A DNA stretch of 64,000 bases. Origin: Takakia lepidozioides (Eukaryota > Plantae > Bryophyta). This document shows, piece by piece, positions 1 to 12,875 of the stretch. Where the stretch lies: positions 12,524,001 through 12,588,000 of the forward strand of contig CM060733.1 in the NCBI GenBank assembly GCA_030704615.1, given 5' to 3'. The notes beneath the pieces were generated by a model that searched no databases, had not been told where the DNA came from, and was given only the letters and a program-made list of their open reading frames with translations. A program made the translations under genes and the position numbers. Every line of letters begins with the position of its first letter. The stretch's first letter is position 1.

Positions 1-274
1 AGAACGTCATATATTCCTTACAACCATTAAATTACATATTAATTGAAATAACTATCCATACCAGGAAACTATTCATACCCTCAGGGTATATTTTGGCATA
101 TATATCCATACCCGGGGGTTATATAGACATCTGAAAAGTTAATTTATCCATACCCGGAGGTAAATAGTTTTTTGAGATTTCGATTTATCCATACCCGAAG
201 AGTAAATTATTTGACAAAAATAATTTACTCATACCCTAAGGGTATATTGAAATCAATATACCCGCACAACACTG
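1..274. mobile_element. Right end of a hAT-type non-autonomous element/MITE (truncated by window start)
   Basis: Ends in CAACACTG (= CAGTGTTG TIR) with repeated subterminal TATCCATACCC motifs; flank GTTTAGAC has a central TA, like the TSD of the 1581 element. Confidence 0.55.
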
Positions 275-281
275 GTTTAGA

Positions 282-1498
282 CTCACAATGTGATTCTCTT
301 ACCAAATATTATGGCAATATATTGAAAAAACAATAGTTTTTCCTTATTGTACCAAAAACAGACTCTTAAGGACTTATGAAGACTATAGCTTCTCTTTGTC
401 GGATTGTCTTTAGCATCAGTAGTCTTTGTCTTGTCTTTGTACGTGAGGCATTACATGCTGATCACCTAGTGGAATGGAATGACAAGGGTGTGACCCGCCT
501 AAAGGTCATGATAAATTCCATGTATATGTTTAGAGACACATAAACATATGTTGATCGTGTTGATTGCGTCAATAGACCACATAGAGAAGAAGTAAATGCG
601 CGACATGTGGAGCCCTTATTGCAAGTTAATTATTTTAAAATCCATTTTTACGTTGTTTATCCAGCTCACAATGTGATTATCTTACCAAATATTATGGCAA
701 TCTGTTAAAAAAGACAACAGTTTTTCCTTATTGGATCCTAGGCTGCACCAAAAGCAGAGTTTCAAGTACTTTTGAAGACTATAAGTTTCTCTTTGTCGGA
801 TTGTCTCAGAGCATCAGTAAGGCTTTGTACATGAGGTGTTGGCCTATGACCCAACAGGCGTCTATGACCGAACACCCCATTAACGCTTCTGTCAGTGCCG
901 ATGACCATACGCTGCTGGTCCTAAGATTGCCACTTGGCAAACAAATATTTGATAGAACCCTTCTGCGATTGGTCATAGGGCTGCACACAAGCATTCTGAT
1001 TGGTTCGACTTTGAAAGCCTATAACTTTGTGTAAAATTCATGAAATCAAATAGTTCCAAGTTTGTGGGTTGCCCCATACGTGGGACACCTTACGAGTTTT
1101 ACCCAAGGTAAAAATGACAAAAATTCACCATTGGATTTTTCACCATCGTTAAGTGAACGGTCATAGACCAACATACCCTAATCAAATCAATGGAATGGTG
1201 TGACCAGCCTAAAGGTCATGATAGATTCCATGTATATGTTTAGAGACACATAAACGCATGTTGATTGCCTCAATGAACCAAATAGAGAAGAAGCAAATGC
1301 CACATGGAAGCCCTTATTGCAAGTTAATTATTTTAAAATCCATTTTTACGTTGTTTACCCTCACAATGTGATTCTCTTACCAATCTGTTAAAAAAGACAA
1401 CAGTTTTTCCTTATTGGATCCTAGGTTGCACCAAAAGCAGACTTTTAAGGACTTAGCTTTCTTTTTGTCGGATTGTCTACATGAGGCATTACATGCTA
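282..1498. repeat. ~385-bp tandem repeat, about 2.4 copies (units start at 282, 665, 1360)
   Basis: CTCACAATGTGATT.TCTTACCAA...TTTTTCCTTATT...GCACCAAAAGCAGA recurs at each unit start; unit 2 is interrupted by an insertion. Confidence 0.85.
837..1180. mobile_element. MITE inserted in unit 2 of the tandem repeat
   Basis: Inverted repeats TGTTGGCCTATGACC (837-851) / GGTCATAGACCAACA (1159-1173), 14/15 match; right end CCCTA (TAGGG-type hAT terminus); absent from unit 1. Confidence 0.6.
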
Positions 1499-1580
1499 AG
1501 GGCCTTCCCACACGTGCGGCAGTAAGCGGCAGTGACGTGGGAAGCTTTTGGCTAGGATTATCGAGCACAACGTTATAGAG

Positions 1581-2085
1581 CAGTGTTGTTCTGGTATCAG
1601 TGTTAGGACATACCAGACTTGGTCCAGGTACCAGACGTATCACAAAAAATTTATACCAGTCTGGTCTATAATGGTGGATGTATAATTCTCTACATACTGA
1701 TATGAGTACGAGTATCATGACCACAATATCAGCTGGTACGAGATATCAATTCTGGTATCATTCCAAAGCCATCTTGAATTACAAGTTTATCACTAGCAAG
1801 TATCAAGTGAAAACAAATACAATATAAATAAAGAAATAAATATACATAAGTACAAGTATGTAGGCATATATACACATAAATTAATATAGTATACATACCA
1901 GAGTAAATGAGGAAGACGGCGGGGAAGTACTGGTATTGAGGCTGGTATGAAAAAACTGATACCAGCCTGGTCTGGTATATGACCCAGTATTCTCCCCAAT
2001 GATACCTGACTGGTCTGGTATCTAATACCAGTGCATATACCAGTATTTTATACCAGTCCTTCACCTATATACCAGACCAACACTG
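1581..2085. mobile_element. hAT-family MITE
   Basis: TIR CAGTGTTGTTCTGGTAT / ATACCAGACCAACACTG (16/17); 8-bp TSD TTATAGAG / GTATAGAG (7/8); many internal CTGGTAT/ATACCAG motifs. Confidence 0.85.
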
Positions 2086-4069
2086 GTATAGAGCATAGGT
2101 ACATGTCAGCAAAACAAAATACCACTACCACACGACCGGCACGACAGGGAGCGACAAGGAAAACATCAAGCTAGGGGTGAACGAGCATATGAGCTCTATG
2201 GCGGGAATGAGCAGAACACAACAAAGAAACTCCCTAACATTTCGGATTTTCAGGCGGTAGTCCCTAGTAGTCCCTGGGATGCAGGCTCTACATACGCACA
2301 CCGTCACTTTTTTTTTTCCATTGCCGTTCCTATGGTAGGTGAGGGTGTCAGTTGATGCATCTACCAATCATCTAATTGAGTTTCATCCCACTGCCGCTCG
2401 TGTGATAGTGCCCTAATCACATAGTGGAATGGTACTAACAATCAACACGATCAACAATCAACAATCAATGGTACTACTCCATACTTCTGCTGGCCTGGTC
2501 TCCTCTATTGCCTTTGCTTCTGCAACTCTGGAATGTAATCCATGGCATGAGAAAATAAATTAAATGATCGTTGCAGGCTAGCCTTGCCATAACCATAACA
2601 GCAAACCTTCCACTTTCTGTATGAAAACCTGCTGATTTTTTTTTGCTTGGGGCAACATTTGAAGAGGATGGAACAAGTGGTGGCTATAGCTGTAAGGCAA
2701 AGTGACACTGGCTTCGGTCTCTCTCCACAAACAAGGCTTGGTCTAGTATATCCCTTTCCTAAACTGGTGACAACTAAAAACTGTATTGGGATTTCTCCTC
2801 TTCTTAATAATAGTGGACTATATTTGATATATTCTACTACAGAGATCAATGCATAACTTATTACCATTTCTATCAATGCATGCATAGGAGACGTCAGAGA
2901 AGGGGGGGCACGGTAAGCTGGCCGCACGGTAAGTTTACCGTGCATACACATAGCCACGGTAAGCTGGCCCTAACCCTAAAGTCGGACATGTGAACGTGCA
3001 ATAATTTTGAATGTGATCAATGGGGCTATAATGGTACTCTATCTTAAGTAACACTGGGTCTAAGCCAGTATTTAGGTTCGAGCTAAAAAACTGCTAGAAC
3101 TTAGAAAGGCATTTAGCTTGGTGGTGTCTAGCCTTACTCTGCACGCTTGATATTGGCTACTCTCGGTTTTTGTGGACCTGAAAGAACTCCTAACAAAAGA
3201 TAGTTTCTGCCCATGACTCCCTTCTTGTTTGGCAGCGATTGCCAAATAATTTCCAAAGCGAGGGCTACCTAAAGAAGGTCCTCGGACTCAGTAGGTACGT
3301 GGGATGCCTCGACTCCCTGGCAGACGAATATAGTTGAAACTGAATAGAAATAAGTAAAGGGTTCAAGAATAAAGGGGAGAGTGCACAGAGTGTGCAACGA
3401 AAGAAAGATTGACTATGTTTGTCTGGCAAGTCAGCAGCGCAATCCAAAAAATTGCACACAAGGTGGTGATACACAGACGAATAACATGCTCAGATATCAA
3501 ACCAGAACCAAGATATATGTCCGTAGGTGGAAAAGTTGGTTTGTTTCCACAAAATATAACAATCGCTCACGGGAAATGTTATTTCAAATAGACAAGCGAA
3601 ATCTCAAAGAAGAGTTGTCTTATTCAATCAAACACCGAGGTATTCATACACAGATCAAGCCCTTGTGGAAATGACCTACCTAATCCTTTCACTAGACAAA
3701 AGAAGATAGCTATTCGCTTTGGCAGAAGGCATCTGTAATAATTACTCAAGACTTGATCTGTCATCACTATTCTACATTAGCCTCATGAAAGAATGTGAAG
3801 GGCCAAAACGGGGCAGAAAGACGGTCCAATGAATTGTTCTAACAGACTATGTACTGTATATCGATTCAAACCCGCTAGATGACACTCCCGCTGTAAGCCC
3901 GTGGGCACGAGGCAATCCTGCCACTGCTCTTCAATAAATACTCCGGTGGAAGCCTGACAGCACTTCATCCTCAAATAAAGCTCGATCTGGTGTCCTCCGG
4001 AGAAAAGTACGAGTCACGGTGACATATCCGATATACCTATGTGATTTTCCTTCACCAAACGATTCCACT

Positions 4070-4276
4070 TCAAGAACGGTGTACAAATACCATACTTCCG
4101 AGCAAAGAGAGAAGACTCAGGAGAGCCAGGCCTGCATATGAAGGCACTGCCAAAGTAGAGGCCGGACTAGTTGGAGCAGGAGCAGGAGCCTGCGCAGCAA
4201 CTCCGGCCGCCTGGATGCATAGCACCACCACTGCAACGGTAGCCACAGTCATGATTGAGCTCAACTTGCCTGCCAT
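4070..4276 (-). CDS. Arabinogalactan peptide (AG-peptide, AGP12/13/14/21-like), predicted GPI-anchored
   Basis: 68 aa: hydrophobic signal peptide ending VAA, short core QAPAPAPTS, then hydrophobic C-terminal GPI-type signal (AVPSYAGLALLSLLSLLG). Confidence 0.88.
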   Translation of the reverse strand: MAGKLSSIMTVATVAVVVLCIQAAGVAAQAPAPAPTSPASTLAVPSYAGLALLSLLSLLGSMVFVHRS

Positions 4277-7200
4277 TTCCGCGGACTGACCTTTTCAGAG
4301 AAGGATTCGGACGAGTTATTAAGTGAGATGATCCAAAGGACCGTTCGGGATGTCTTGTAAACGCGTAGATAGCCTGAATTATCTTGACCTGGCATCACAA
4401 TCAAACCTCCACAAGTCAGATGAAGGATTTCATTTCCAACAGCACAGATCGAGGCATTCATGCCGGGAGCAACGACATGAAAACTCTAAGAACTAACTCG
4501 CTTCGAACTTTGTCGTCGGTGCTTGCAATCTTTCCTGGCTACTGACTACTTCAATATCCATACTTCCACGGCACTGGTGATCACACCATGTCTTTCAAGA
4601 CAAAAAACAAACCAAAGTACACTCACTATCTTCATCCTGAAGAGTCTTTTCCTGTAAAAGGAAGATTAGATGTCAAGGAAGACGTATAGCGTTTCCCGCA
4701 CAGGCATAACCGCATAGATGCAGCGGATGCTGGAGGTAATAAGAACACGAGATGTATCTATTAACGGTGACAGATCCACACGCGACGAAAAGGAACCGTG
4801 AAGGATTCATATCTCCTACACAAGAAAATGGTGGCTGCATGCAATCCACAACCTCAGGAGGAGACCTATGAACAGAGGATCCCTGAAACTCCAGCTGCAA
4901 ATTACCGAGAGATTTCTTCCAACCGAACGCAAAGCACAGCTGGAAGTGAAAACACTGAGGTCGAAAACACCGAGGACATTAAGGAAAGACTGTTCAAAGA
5001 AGCTCACTCGGAATTCCACTGACACGAGATAGATACAGCAAACATTTCGCTTCAAGCACCGTGCATGGAAAGCGCTTGAAGGCATAACATGTCCAAAGTA
5101 GCAAGCAAAAACGAACAGCAAGCAAAACAGATTCATTCCTTCTTAACAATCAAATCTGCACACACGATCCAACAGACCGCTTCAAGGGGTACGTAAGTAC
5201 CTCTCTATGCCGCGGTGCGACACTACCAAAAGCAGCGAGCACTAGCAAGCAGGTAACAGGTTTGTGATCAACACTCACAATTTCACCCAATGCCGCGAGA
5301 TTCAATGCTGCGTCTGGCAAGCTGGTAGCGAGATGGGAGATGGAAGCACAGAAACGCTTGCGAGAATGGGGCAAAAGGAGCGCGCGGGGCAGTGAAAGAA
5401 GGTGCTGCAGCGTGGAGGGCCCGGACACGCAGACAAAGACAAAGCCGTGCCAGCCAGCCAGTGTGCCCGCCATTATTGGCCCCGCACATTCCCGCCCCCT
5501 GCCGGTCACGCCCTCCCTCCCTCCGCTCCTCCCCCTCCCCACCGGCTACACCCGGTCCCCCTTCTCCCTTCAAGTATCACCAGCCCCGGCCACCGGCCCT
5601 GGCCGGTGCGCGGCGACACCTGGACCAGTATTTGCTGCGAGTTTTCCGTTGAGTCGCGGTTGGTCGCAGTGACGGGGTGGCGCGGGTGGACGCGGGGCAG
5701 GAGCAACGAAAAAGCGGACGCACGTCTGGCAAAAGTGCGGGCAGCCAAAACAAAGGCTGCCACTGCGCACCCCTCCAGTCTGTCGCTGCACTGTAACGGT
5801 CACTACGCACGACTGTCGCACTCCAATCTATTTTTTTCTTCCCGTAATTCCTCCAAATTGCACGACAAACGAACCCGCAACGGTAACTAAGTATCAGTCA
5901 CTCATGACCCGACATGCGCGGCGGCGACCGCCTGGTGCCGGTTCGAAGTGGGGCCGCATTGCAAGGTAGGTACGTGACAATTATTCAAATGCCGACGAGG
6001 GGCCATCCAAACCATCTCACGGATGCTCATTCGTTGGCACAAAAGCAGGTTGGAGGCGACCACGTGTCGGTCACCGGGGCTGCTTTGCGGGCGTCCGTCT
6101 TATTGGAAACCCCCGACGCAGGTTTGGAAAAGGGGTTTCACCCGGCCCGGAATGGAAACCGGGTCGGGTCAGATCAGGTGTTGGGGCCCCTATGCTTTTC
6201 CTGTTTCTCGGGTTGGCGGCATCGCAGGGCCAAACGGGCGACTTGACGACAAAGATGACGCGTGGCTTGCGCGAGTGGTGGGGGAGCTTCCTTTTATTGG
6301 CCAGATGCGGTCAACTCCTCGAAACGTCGACATGCTGCTACGACTGTCCGAGTGCGAGGCAGCCACGTGGAGAGAGGAATGGGCGACTGTGAATGTGGAT
6401 GGATGGGCGGGTGGATGGATGTGTTTGTGTGCGGCATGCACGAAAGTTGTGTACAGCGGTGCAACGGGAAACGTGGGCCGCAAGCGTTGGGTGCTCGCGC
6501 CAGCTGGCCACTCGCAGTGTGGCAGTGGTACAGGAAGGCCACGTGTCTGGGCCCAGTCGGCGCACATGCGGAGGAAGTTCAGTTTGGCAGTGGTTTCACA
6601 GCTGTGTTTGTAAGTAGTCCCCCGAATGGTAGCGAAATTTGGAAATGTTTACGAACAATAATAATATTACAGCCGGGGGGCGGGAGACTTCCACGAAGAT
6701 TGTGCAGGCAGGCGATATTTTCATTTGCCCGACCGAAGGTGCTTTGACTGACGCGTGACCAATTGTTGCATCGTCGACCAGGGAAGTCATTTTGTGAGTA
6801 TTGAAGTAGACCCCAATGGTTGCAACTGATTCTGTCGTGTTTGTGCTGTCGTGTGTGATGGAGAGAAGGTTAAGCGATAAAAAGGATTCGTGAATGCCAG
6901 CTTTTCCGAGGAGTCGTAGCATGGTGCCAGCAGATCAGAGCGTGATTTGTTATGAATTTTAAAAGTAATTCAAAGCAGTTGTATTTGGGTGCAAGGCTGG
7001 CTGCTGCCCAAACATGTGGCCCAAAATTGTATAAGGGAATCCCGCTGGCGGAGGCGGCCCCACAATAGCAATTGCTAGGGCAAAACAGGTGAGCCCCACT
7101 TTAGGGCTGGCCGAATCTGAGCATCAAAATGGGCAAAAGTTTTGAACATCTGACCGCAGGGATTTTTCCATACAAGAAATCCTCCCCTCAGAAATAAACT

Positions 7201-9012
7201 TTAGGTAAGCAGAGTATATTTTGACACAGAGCTGGGTCCTCCCTCAGGATGAATGCTGATCAATATTTCATCAAGATGGGATGAAATTTAATGAGTAGGG
7301 GTTATCTCAGGTGCTACTTTATCCTCCAATTTTTTCTGAAAAACAGTTAAAAGGATTGAGAAATTCTAAATCTCCAATAAAAGCTTTGCCACACACTGGC
7401 ATGAAACGTCATTTGCTTACTACCCCGGAACAAAGGCAAAATTAAAAATTTAACTGTATTAGTCGATATTTGTAGCGCTCAGAATGTGTCAGAGGACGCA
7501 CTGTACACGAGCAGTTTTCCGTGGTTGGCAGAGATGGATTGTCAGGTCCAAATCTGTTGAATTGGGTCTGGCCGCTGAAGGCCTTCAAAATCACGAGAGC
7601 AGGTCTCTAGTTTTGAGGAACAAAGATGTCCGTGTGTAGGAATGAATAGTGCAGGATTTGTGGGCAAGTTTACATGTGACATGCTGGCAGATTCTTCCAC
7701 AAATCAAGCTTACAGCGAGATTCTTAACTTCTGGGGTCAATTTGAGGCAAAATCTAATTAAACGAATGCAGCCTGGCCTTGTGCATTGATTAGAAAAGGC
7801 CTTGAAAGAGAGGGGGGGGGGGGGGGTATTGGTGCAATCACGCCACGCTTTGAAGTACTCATTCGGAGTCATTGGGCTTTCATTATGCCTTTCCAGGAGG
7901 TACCCATTATATCTCGAGAACCCATGTCCTGCAATTTGGGAGGAGTGCATTGCATACCTACTTTGGTAGTTTATTAGTGGCAGTGGTCCTGAATCCCGGT
8001 GGGGCAGCCGTGCAAGACTGATATACTGATGCCTCCATTCAATGCTTGTACATCTTTGGAGTTGCATTGAATGCGTGGGGGAGGCAGGCAAAGAGAATGA
8101 AGGAAGGTGGTGGTACACTAGACTTGATGAATGAGGGCGTGTGCACAGTAGTGCACTTGGGTGTCTGCCGGCATTCCACCAACTCCATCTTTGCCTGCCT
8201 TCCATCTCGAGAGTCAATTCTCATCTCACCGCTGGACTTTTAGTCATTGCCTCTCTTGGACCCTGCCATCAATTTGAAGTTTGAGTCTGAGCATTACATA
8301 TAAAGAGAGTGACAGACGGTCTCTGGTGGGAAGCCAGTTCCTGAAGGCAGTGTCAGTGTATAGATCAGTACGTAGCTGAAAAACATCGCTTTCATCCAAA
8401 AAATTTGAAACAAGAATTAAGATAATAATGTGTTGATTAATTTAGGTTTATGCCACCAATCCCATAATAGATTTTTATTAATAATTTTAAAAAAGAGAGG
8501 TGGAAATGTTTGCAAATTTTTTTTTTTCGAAAACTTGGGACAGAGGCCAATTGTGTAAAAATGCAGTCACAAAGAGGACGCCACCCTGAGCAACCAGATT
8601 AGCACAGAAACACTAAGAACGGAAGATAGAAGGCAGAAAACCGAAGAAGGACCATTGAAGAATACGAGGTTGGGTAGAGCATGCTCTGTGTGCGGTCCTT
8701 GAGCAAGCAGGGAAAAAAATGGCGGAAAATTTGGAAATATTCTTGAAAAGATGCTACGGCGAAACTAAAATTGGATATTTGGGCTCATGGGGGACCAAAT
8801 TGTCCGCACATGAGCAGACTTGTGGTCACGTGAGCACAAGCCACAAGTAGATTGGTTAGTCACCCTATTTCGGTGGGTTAGTCACCCTATCACCCTAATT
8901 CGTTAGGTTTAGGTTACTTGAGGTTAGGTTAAACCAAACACAATACAATTTGTTTCGCCTACGAAACTATAGGATAATGACCTATGCAGCTATACTTGGA
9001 AATTTCGCAAGC

Positions 9013-9125
9013 GAAATCCACTATTTCGGTAACGAAATGCACTATTTCATTGGGGAAACCCACTATTTCGTGGACAAAATCCACTATTCCTTTGGCGGAA
9101 CCCATTATTTCGCTGGAGAAACCCG
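9013..9125. repeat. 21-bp minisatellite, about 5-6 degenerate copies
   Basis: GAAA(T/C)CCACTATTTC(G) recurring every 21 nt. Confidence 0.8.
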
Positions 9126-9666
9126 ATTCCATGATTTATTTCGTGAACTAAACCCGTTGTTTGCCTCATTATATTAGATTGTTCAACTATTGTTTGGTAT
9201 TTGTGTGTTTTAGATGGTGTGGGTTCTTGTGATTTTGTTTTTCTCTAATGTGTTATTCTTTTATAGAATACCAAAACTGTAGATATATGGAACTTGGAGC
9301 TTGCAAATATACATTATGGGTGCTTATTTTGCATTAGGGTTTTGGGGCTCCTATGACCCGCGGTTTAAAAACATAAAACCCCCATGACCGTGGGTTTGTG
9401 CTCACTATCTACCAACCCCCCAAGAATAAGGAGTATTGTGGGTAGAACTAGAAGCTATTGGGATGAACTTTGTAGCATTCGAACGAGAGATTTAGATTTT
9501 CCTTGCCTAAAATTTCAAGAATGTCTCCAATTAACCTTCTGGTTCTTCACCGATCAGCAGGAAAAAACGTGCACTATATATGGGCGTTCCCGCACGCAGG
9601 GATTGCGTCGTGCCATTCAATTGTTGTGTCGGATTCTTGGGGTCTACTTTCCCCATCTAATTGTCA

Positions 9667-9752
9667 TATATATATATATATATGACGCCTACCCAAGGAA
9701 ATTATGGTGTCTCTTGACCCCCAAGGGCTACTGCCTTCCAGCAGGAAGGTGG
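9667..9752 (-). mobile_element. 3' fragment of SINE family A with (TA)n tail
   Basis: ATGACGCCT...AAGGGCTACTGCCTTCC..AGGAAGGTGG is shared with the body of the SINE at 41401-41570. Confidence 0.65.
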
Positions 9753-10089
9753 CATGTGTTGTCAAATTCAACGAGAAGCTCCCCCCCCTCCTCCGGCACA
9801 CTTGTAGAAAGCTAGACACAAACCCGCCAAGCCAAATTTTACCACAAAAAGGTTTTTGGATTTGTTTTTCCCCCCTCAAGGCCCAACTTTTGGGAGGGCA
9901 AGCGTTGGAGACAAAAAATAAAAAAACAAAAACAGAAATGAAATTGTCTATTGTGGCTGGCACGTGTTGACAGCAGCCGCAAAAACTGGTGGGCTATGTG
10001 GGGGAGCTACGATTGGTGAGTCCAGGTGTCATGGCAGGTCGTAAAACACCGGCAAATTTTTTTCTTTGTAATTCAAGGAGCCTCCCTGG

Positions 10090-10230
10090 CCGCAAGGTTC
10101 CCCCGATTTACTGGAAGTACCTTCCACTTTTGGAAGGGTCCCCCAATTTGCGGAAGGTCTTTTGGAAGGGTCCCCCAATTTGCGGGAAGTACCTTCCGCG
10201 TGTGGAAGGGTCCCCGATTTGCGGGGCAAG
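10090..10230. repeat. Degenerate tandem repeat of GGAAGGGTCCCC(C)AATTTGCGG
   Basis: 3-4 copies visible directly. Confidence 0.75.
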
Positions 10231-10263
10231 GAGCGGGAAAGAAAAATTTCCCAGTTTTTCACG

Positions 10264-10367
10264 TTGGGGAAGGGTCGTTCCCACGGCCCTTCCTGATTTT
10301 CGAGCACTCGGCCTGAGTTCCGGGTGCTCGAAAATCAGGAAGCGCCGTGGGAACGACCCTTCCCTAA
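10264..10367. repeat. Near-perfect hairpin (~45-48-bp stem, 8-nt loop)
   Basis: GGGAAGGGTCGTTCCCACGGCCCTTCCTGATTTTCGAGCACTCGG ... CCGGGTGCTCGAAAATCAGGAAGCGCCGTGGGAACGACCCTTCCC, with 2 differences over 45 bp. Confidence 0.92.
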
Positions 10368-10501
10368 TACTTATAGCAAGTCCAGCGATGGTGTTGCAGG
10401 CGCGTCCACGTGGGTAATTCGAGGCCCTGCATACTTGACACTGCAACTGGCACGCCCTCCCAGAAATTGCTACCCATCGCCTTTCGGCAACGGGTAATTA
10501 T

Positions 10502-11212
10502 CAGTGGTGGGCGGTTATTTGATTTCTTTCATAACATCCTGTTCCGATTTTTTACAAAATCCTCAAATAAAAGAACTTCCTATTCCAATTTTTTCATATT
10601 TATTTTATGGAAAGAACCTGTTGCCAACCGACAAGATACCCAAAACGGGCATGCTCCACCGGAGGATGTGAACACAAAGTTAAAGTTAAACATCCGTAAC
10701 CGGCTGATGTAGAAAAATCAAATAACCGCACTGGTTAATTGTAAGAACCTCAAAGAGCCCACGGTTATCATCAAATCAGGGGAGGGTCTTGAGCGGATCT
10801 TTGACGGTTTTCAGACTTGTTATTTCAAAACTTGTAACCGGCAGTTATTAGCTGTTGCCAATTGATTCTTTGCTTTCTTTGAGATCCGGAGTTATGGACT
10901 AGGTAGCCGGAGAGGCGAGACCGGCTACGGCATGTAGCTGGACACCAGGAGTGCCGAGACGCGGTAGCGTCAATGGATTCCCTGGTGTCGGGCTACACCC
11001 AGTGGCCCGGTCAAGCCTCCCCATTGACCAGACATAACCCAGGTTTCTGGACATGTTGGCTGGCGGTGGTGGGCTACGGCTAGTGACTAATTAAACGCTG
11101 CCACATAGGCAAACCTCGGTTGTGTATCCATATAACCTTCTTGATAACCTCCCGGGTTTATAGCTGAATCAAATAACCTCCAAGGAAGAAAACAAAAGAC
11201 CTCCCAACCCAG
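10502..11212. mobile_element. Degenerate hAT-type non-autonomous element (CAGTGGTGGGCGGTTATTTG family)
   Basis: Left end matches the 12409 copy; ATAACC/GGTTAT subterminal motifs; possible 8-bp TSD GTAATTAT/GCAATTAC (6/8). Confidence 0.5.
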
Positions 11213-12408
11213 GCAATTACACGCGATCGGTAGATGATATTGGCCCTTCATGATGAATCTTTGGAGTTATTCATCGACTTTTCTCTTTGTGGGAAACGTC
11301 TGTTCATCCATATCATCCATCTCTGTATATATCACAGAGGGGTTTGCTTTTGCAGTCAGGACAGTGACGAGGTATGTAGTAGAGAGGGGGCTGTCCTTTG
11401 TTCTCTTTGGAGGATGTGCTCATTGACTACCTATGTTTTATTGGCAGAATGATTGAGGCCTAGTTTGGTTCATGGTCCCATGGATTGTCGTGACGGTCAT
11501 CGCTCTTCTTTGTCCTCACTCAAACACACCTAATTTGCTTCTCGGATCCGAAATCAACCTTTTTCTCTTCCTGAGAGAGGAGAAATGTCAAAGACACAGA
11601 CAGACTGATGTGCGATTGCTTTGGGTTTGTATGAAGAAGCACGTTAAGTGGGGCATGTGCATCCTTTCGCTGTCGTTGTTGCAGCTGACCATGCAGAGCT
11701 TTTGCGTCTACAGGTGTATGTAGGGCTAGCTGCACCGACCGAATTCGCATTGCTTGATATTTTGCAAGATATTTTGCATCATGCACTGCTTTGTGCGTCT
11801 AAGGGAGTCACTACTAGAGACCTGTTTCTGTTCTGAACAAAATCCCTGGCCCGCCTTCACGCGTTGCTTACCCTTACTCTACACCGCGTGGATGTTGATG
11901 GCGTAGAAATATCAAATTAGGGTTCCAGGGGCCCCACAATGAAGTCACGACAATGCCCAATCATACTGAATAGAGCCAAAAACATGAGCCTACCGGTTTT
12001 GACTGGGAGTGATCTATTGAATTGTGAAAAGACGATGCGGCTTGTTACGTAAAGTTTTGCAGCTGAATTATGGGCGGAATAAGTGACTAATCTGCCGAGC
12101 AAAGACTCTGCCCACGCAATCAATAGGTACTGCCCAGTATGCTCGCCAATTCTGGATGTTATATACCTTAAGGATTTTTGAGGCAGATTATGCTGTTTCA
12201 GAGGCAAATTAAGAAGCAGAATAGGCAATGCTAGCGCATTATGCTTTTGCATAATCACCGGTTTGACTTTATACAGCCCATGCCGATGTCTAGCCAATAA
12301 GAGGCTGCAGATGCCCATCATGTACAGGGGAATGCCCTGCGTGGAATTGCCCAAAAAGTTGAAGAAAAAATTACAATTGGAAATAAAACGAATCTATTGG
12401 GTGCATTC

Positions 12409-12875
12409 CAGTGTTGGGCGGTTATTTGAATTTTTTCATAACCGGCGGTTCCGGTTACTTAGAAAACTATTAACCTGCGGTTGCGGTTATAAATATTTTA
12501 TGGCTAGATATAACCTGCTGGTTACGGTTACTTGCAAGAACCTCAAATAACCGACGGTTTTCATCAAATAACCGTAGGTATTGGGCTCTAACAGGACCGC
12601 ACAACACTTGTTCAAACTAGCTATTGAAGCAAACTAGTTCGGACTGAACTAACCAAAATTTGGCGAAGTGACCAGCATAATTTGATCAAAGGTTTTATTT
12701 TGAATTCAGTCAAAGGAGTTCTTTAAGAGGTTTTTTGCTCGGTTATTTGAATGTGTGACATCCACCGATTCCTAACTGGACCAGTTACTTCGGTTTTTCA
12801 CCTCCGCCGGTCATATATACATATAACCGGATAGGTAACCGCCGGGTATTAGAGAGAAATCCAAATAACCGCCCA
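12409..12875. mobile_element. hAT-type MITE, same family as 10502
   Basis: CAGTGTTGGGCGGTTATTTG ... CAAATAACCGCCC inverted ends; lies between two copies of a ~105-bp repeat (12305-12408, 12887-12990). Confidence 0.65.

Noticed and set aside
5150-6750. Many overlapping 80-200 aa ORFs
   Set aside because: Expected in GC-rich, stop-poor DNA; no recognisable domains
7430-8380. 208-aa ORF / possible decayed transposase
   Set aside because: No motif I can assign in any frame
9013-10230. Short repeat arrays as CRISPR-like
   Set aside because: Eukaryotic context, degenerate tandem units without unique spacers, no cas genes
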